A DNA stretch of 63,530 bases, filler included, from Asterionella formosa (lineage: Eukaryota), in assembly GCA_002256025.1 (NCBI GenBank). It is 10 parts of 10 records of this genome, joined end to end, with 100 filler letters (N's around TTAATTAATTAA, not from the genome) between each part and the next. Parts side by side here need not be neighbours in the genome. Positions count along the whole stretch, not along the records: positions 62,005 to 63,530 come from NKIB01002063.1; 9 more parts are not named here. One strand, written 5' to 3'. The notes under the pieces are model-generated. The model was not told where the DNA came from. It worked only from the letters and a program-made list of their open reading frames with translations, and ran no database searches. Below are positions 62,007-63,530 of the stretch, piece by piece (positions within the stretch are counted from its first letter, which is position 1; each line of letters starts with the position of its first letter). Position numbers and translations under genes: made by a program.

Positions 62007-63530
62007 ATTGAGAAGAATCTTCCAGGCTACACTGATGTGAGCCCAAATGTGATCTCTGTTGATGTTTCTACAGGTGATGCAACTGGTTTGGAGTTTGTTG
62101 ATGAGCTCCCTTCTTCTGCTCCAAGTGTGAGCAGTTCACCAAGCAACATGCTTCCGAAAACCATTTCTGGTGTTGTCTTTGAAGACATTGACAATGACAA
62201 CAAGAAGGATAATCCTTTGGTCGGCGTTGTTCTTGTGCTCATTGACAAGGACGGAAATATCGTTGCCAACACAACTACGGACTCGAATGGGTTATTTGTG
62301 TTTGAGGGCGTTCCTCCCGGAAAGTATACTTTGGTGGAACAGAATCCTGATGGGTACATTGATGTGACTCCAAATGTCATCAACGTTGACACCAGTAAGA
62401 GTGATATTACTGATTTGGAGATAATCGATGAGCCTTTGCGTACAGTTAGTGGCATTGTTCTCGAGGACACTGACAACAATGATAGTGGCGATGAGCCATT
62501 GGTTGGTGTTGTATTGTTACTCCTTGATGATAATGGCAAAGTGGTGGCCAATACAACTACTGACTCGAATGGCGTGTTTACTTTCGAGAACATCGCTCCT
62601 GGATACTACAGTGTGGTTGAACAGAACCCTCCTGGCTACTCTGATGTTAGTCCGAATGTCATCTTTGTTGATGTGAACAAGGGTGATGCAAGCATAGAAT
62701 TTGTAGATGAGCTTGGTTCTTCTGCTCCTAGTTTGGCTCCTAGCAGCAACAACCTCAGAACTATGATAGGTGTTGTCCTTGCTGACGTTGACAACAACGG
62801 GAGTGGTGATGTTCCATTGGCAGGAGTTGTTGTGGTTCTTGTTTCTGAGAATGGCACTGTTGTTGCAAGCACCAGCACCGACTCGGACGGGAAGTTCATT
62901 TTCAAGGATGTTGTCCCTGGCAAGTACACAATTATTGAGAAGAATCTTCCAGGCTACACTGATGTGAGCCCAAATGTGATCTCTGTTGATGTTTCTACAG
63001 GTGATGCAACTGGTTTGGAGTTTGTTGATGAGCTCCCTTCTTCTGCTCCAAGTGTGAGCAGTTCACCAAGCAACATGCTTCCGAAAACCATTTCTGGTGT
63101 TGTCTTTGAAGACATTGACAATGACAACAAGAAGGATAATCCTTTGGTCGGCGTTGTTCTTGTGCTCATTGACAAGGACGGAAATATCGTTGCCAACACA
63201 ACTACGGACTCGAATGGGTTATTTGTGTTTGAGGGCGTTCCTCCCGGAAAGTATACTTTGGTGGAACAGAATCCTGATGGGTACATTGATGTGACTCCAA
63301 ATGTCATCAACGTTGACACCAGTAAGAGTGATATTACTGATTTGGAGATAATCGATGAGCCTTTGCGTACAGTTAGTGGCATTGTTCTCGAGGACACTGA
63401 CAACAATGATAGTGGCGATGAGCCATTGGTTGGTGTTGTATTGTTACTCCTTGATGATAATGGCAAAGTGGTGGCCAATACAACTACTGACTCGAATGGC
63501 GTGTTTACTTTCGAGAACATCGCTCCTGGA
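62007..63530 (+). CDS. SdrD-B/Cna-B-like domain repeat protein (internal fragment, open at both ends)
   Basis: Stop-free frame, absent from the ORF track: TISGVVFEDIDNDNKKDNPLVGVVLVLIDKDGNIVANTTTDSNGLFVFEGVPPGKYTLVEQNPDGY; three domain variants per 927-nt unit, and the unit repeats identically. Confidence 0.85.
   Translation, partial: MEKNLPGYTDVSPNVISVDVSTGDATGLEFVDELPSSAPSVSSSPSNMLPKTISGVVFEDIDNDNKKDNPLVGVVLVLIDKDGNIVANTTTDSNGLFVFEGVPPGKYTLVEQNPDGYIDVTPNVINVDTSKSDITDLEIIDEPLRTVSGIVLEDTDNNDSGDEPLVGVVLLLLDDNGKVVANTTTDSNGVFTFENIAPGYYSVVEQNPPGYSDVSPNVIFVDVNKGDASIEFVDELGSSAPSLAPSSNNLRTMIGVVLADVDNNGSGDVPLAGVVVVLVSENGTVVASTSTDSDGKFIFKDVVPGKYTIIEKNLPGYTDVSPNVISVDVSTGDATGLEFVDELPSSAPSVSSSPSNMLPKTISGVVFEDIDNDNKKDNPLVGVVLVLIDKDGNIVANTTTDSNGLFVFEGVPPGKYTLVEQNPDGYIDVTPNVINVDTSKSDITDLEIIDEPLRTVSGIVLEDTDNNDSGDEPLVGVVLLLLDDNGKVVANTTTDSNGVFTFENIAPG

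Noticed and set aside
62027..63520. Minus-strand 188-aa and 97-aa ORFs
   Set aside because: Antisense shadows of the stop-free plus-strand SdrD-B frame.
52247..63530. Apparent cluster of glucokinase, PGRL1, APX, copia, Crypton and adhesin at ~1.63-kb spacing
   Set aside because: Separate contigs of nearly equal length concatenated by size; no physical linkage.

Overview
Eukaryotic draft-genome sequence, most likely a diatom (short GT-AG introns, diatom-type protein domains, a stramenopile-type Crypton). It consists of 10 contigs joined by an artificial N..TTAATTAATTAA..N linker: two of ~25.2 kb and eight of 1526-1527 bp, apparently sorted by length, so adjacency across gaps is meaningless. 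Host genes: a diatom-type Cys/His protein, a selenoprotein H that the ORF track splits at an in-frame TGA, a PLAC8 protein, a secreted M43-metalloprotease/mucin/Hint-domain/TM fusion, UTP10 (HEATR1), a Pro/Ser-rich type I membrane protein, and fragments of glucokinase, PGRL1, ascorbate peroxidase and an SdrD-B-repeat protein. Much of the rest is mobile DNA: a decayed Crypton-like tyrosine recombinase whose flanks recur as a modular non-autonomous family, a CryptonS-like pseudogene, a 10.7-kb TIR element with AT target duplication plus a 1.6-kb deletion derivative, a 1.39-kb GGG-ended TIR element, and a Ty1/copia integrase fragment. Comparing repeat copies shows TA-to-TACCGGTA insertions, suggesting the abundant GGTACC/ACCGGT words are transposon excision footprints. 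All family assignments are by motif recognition; no database search was run.
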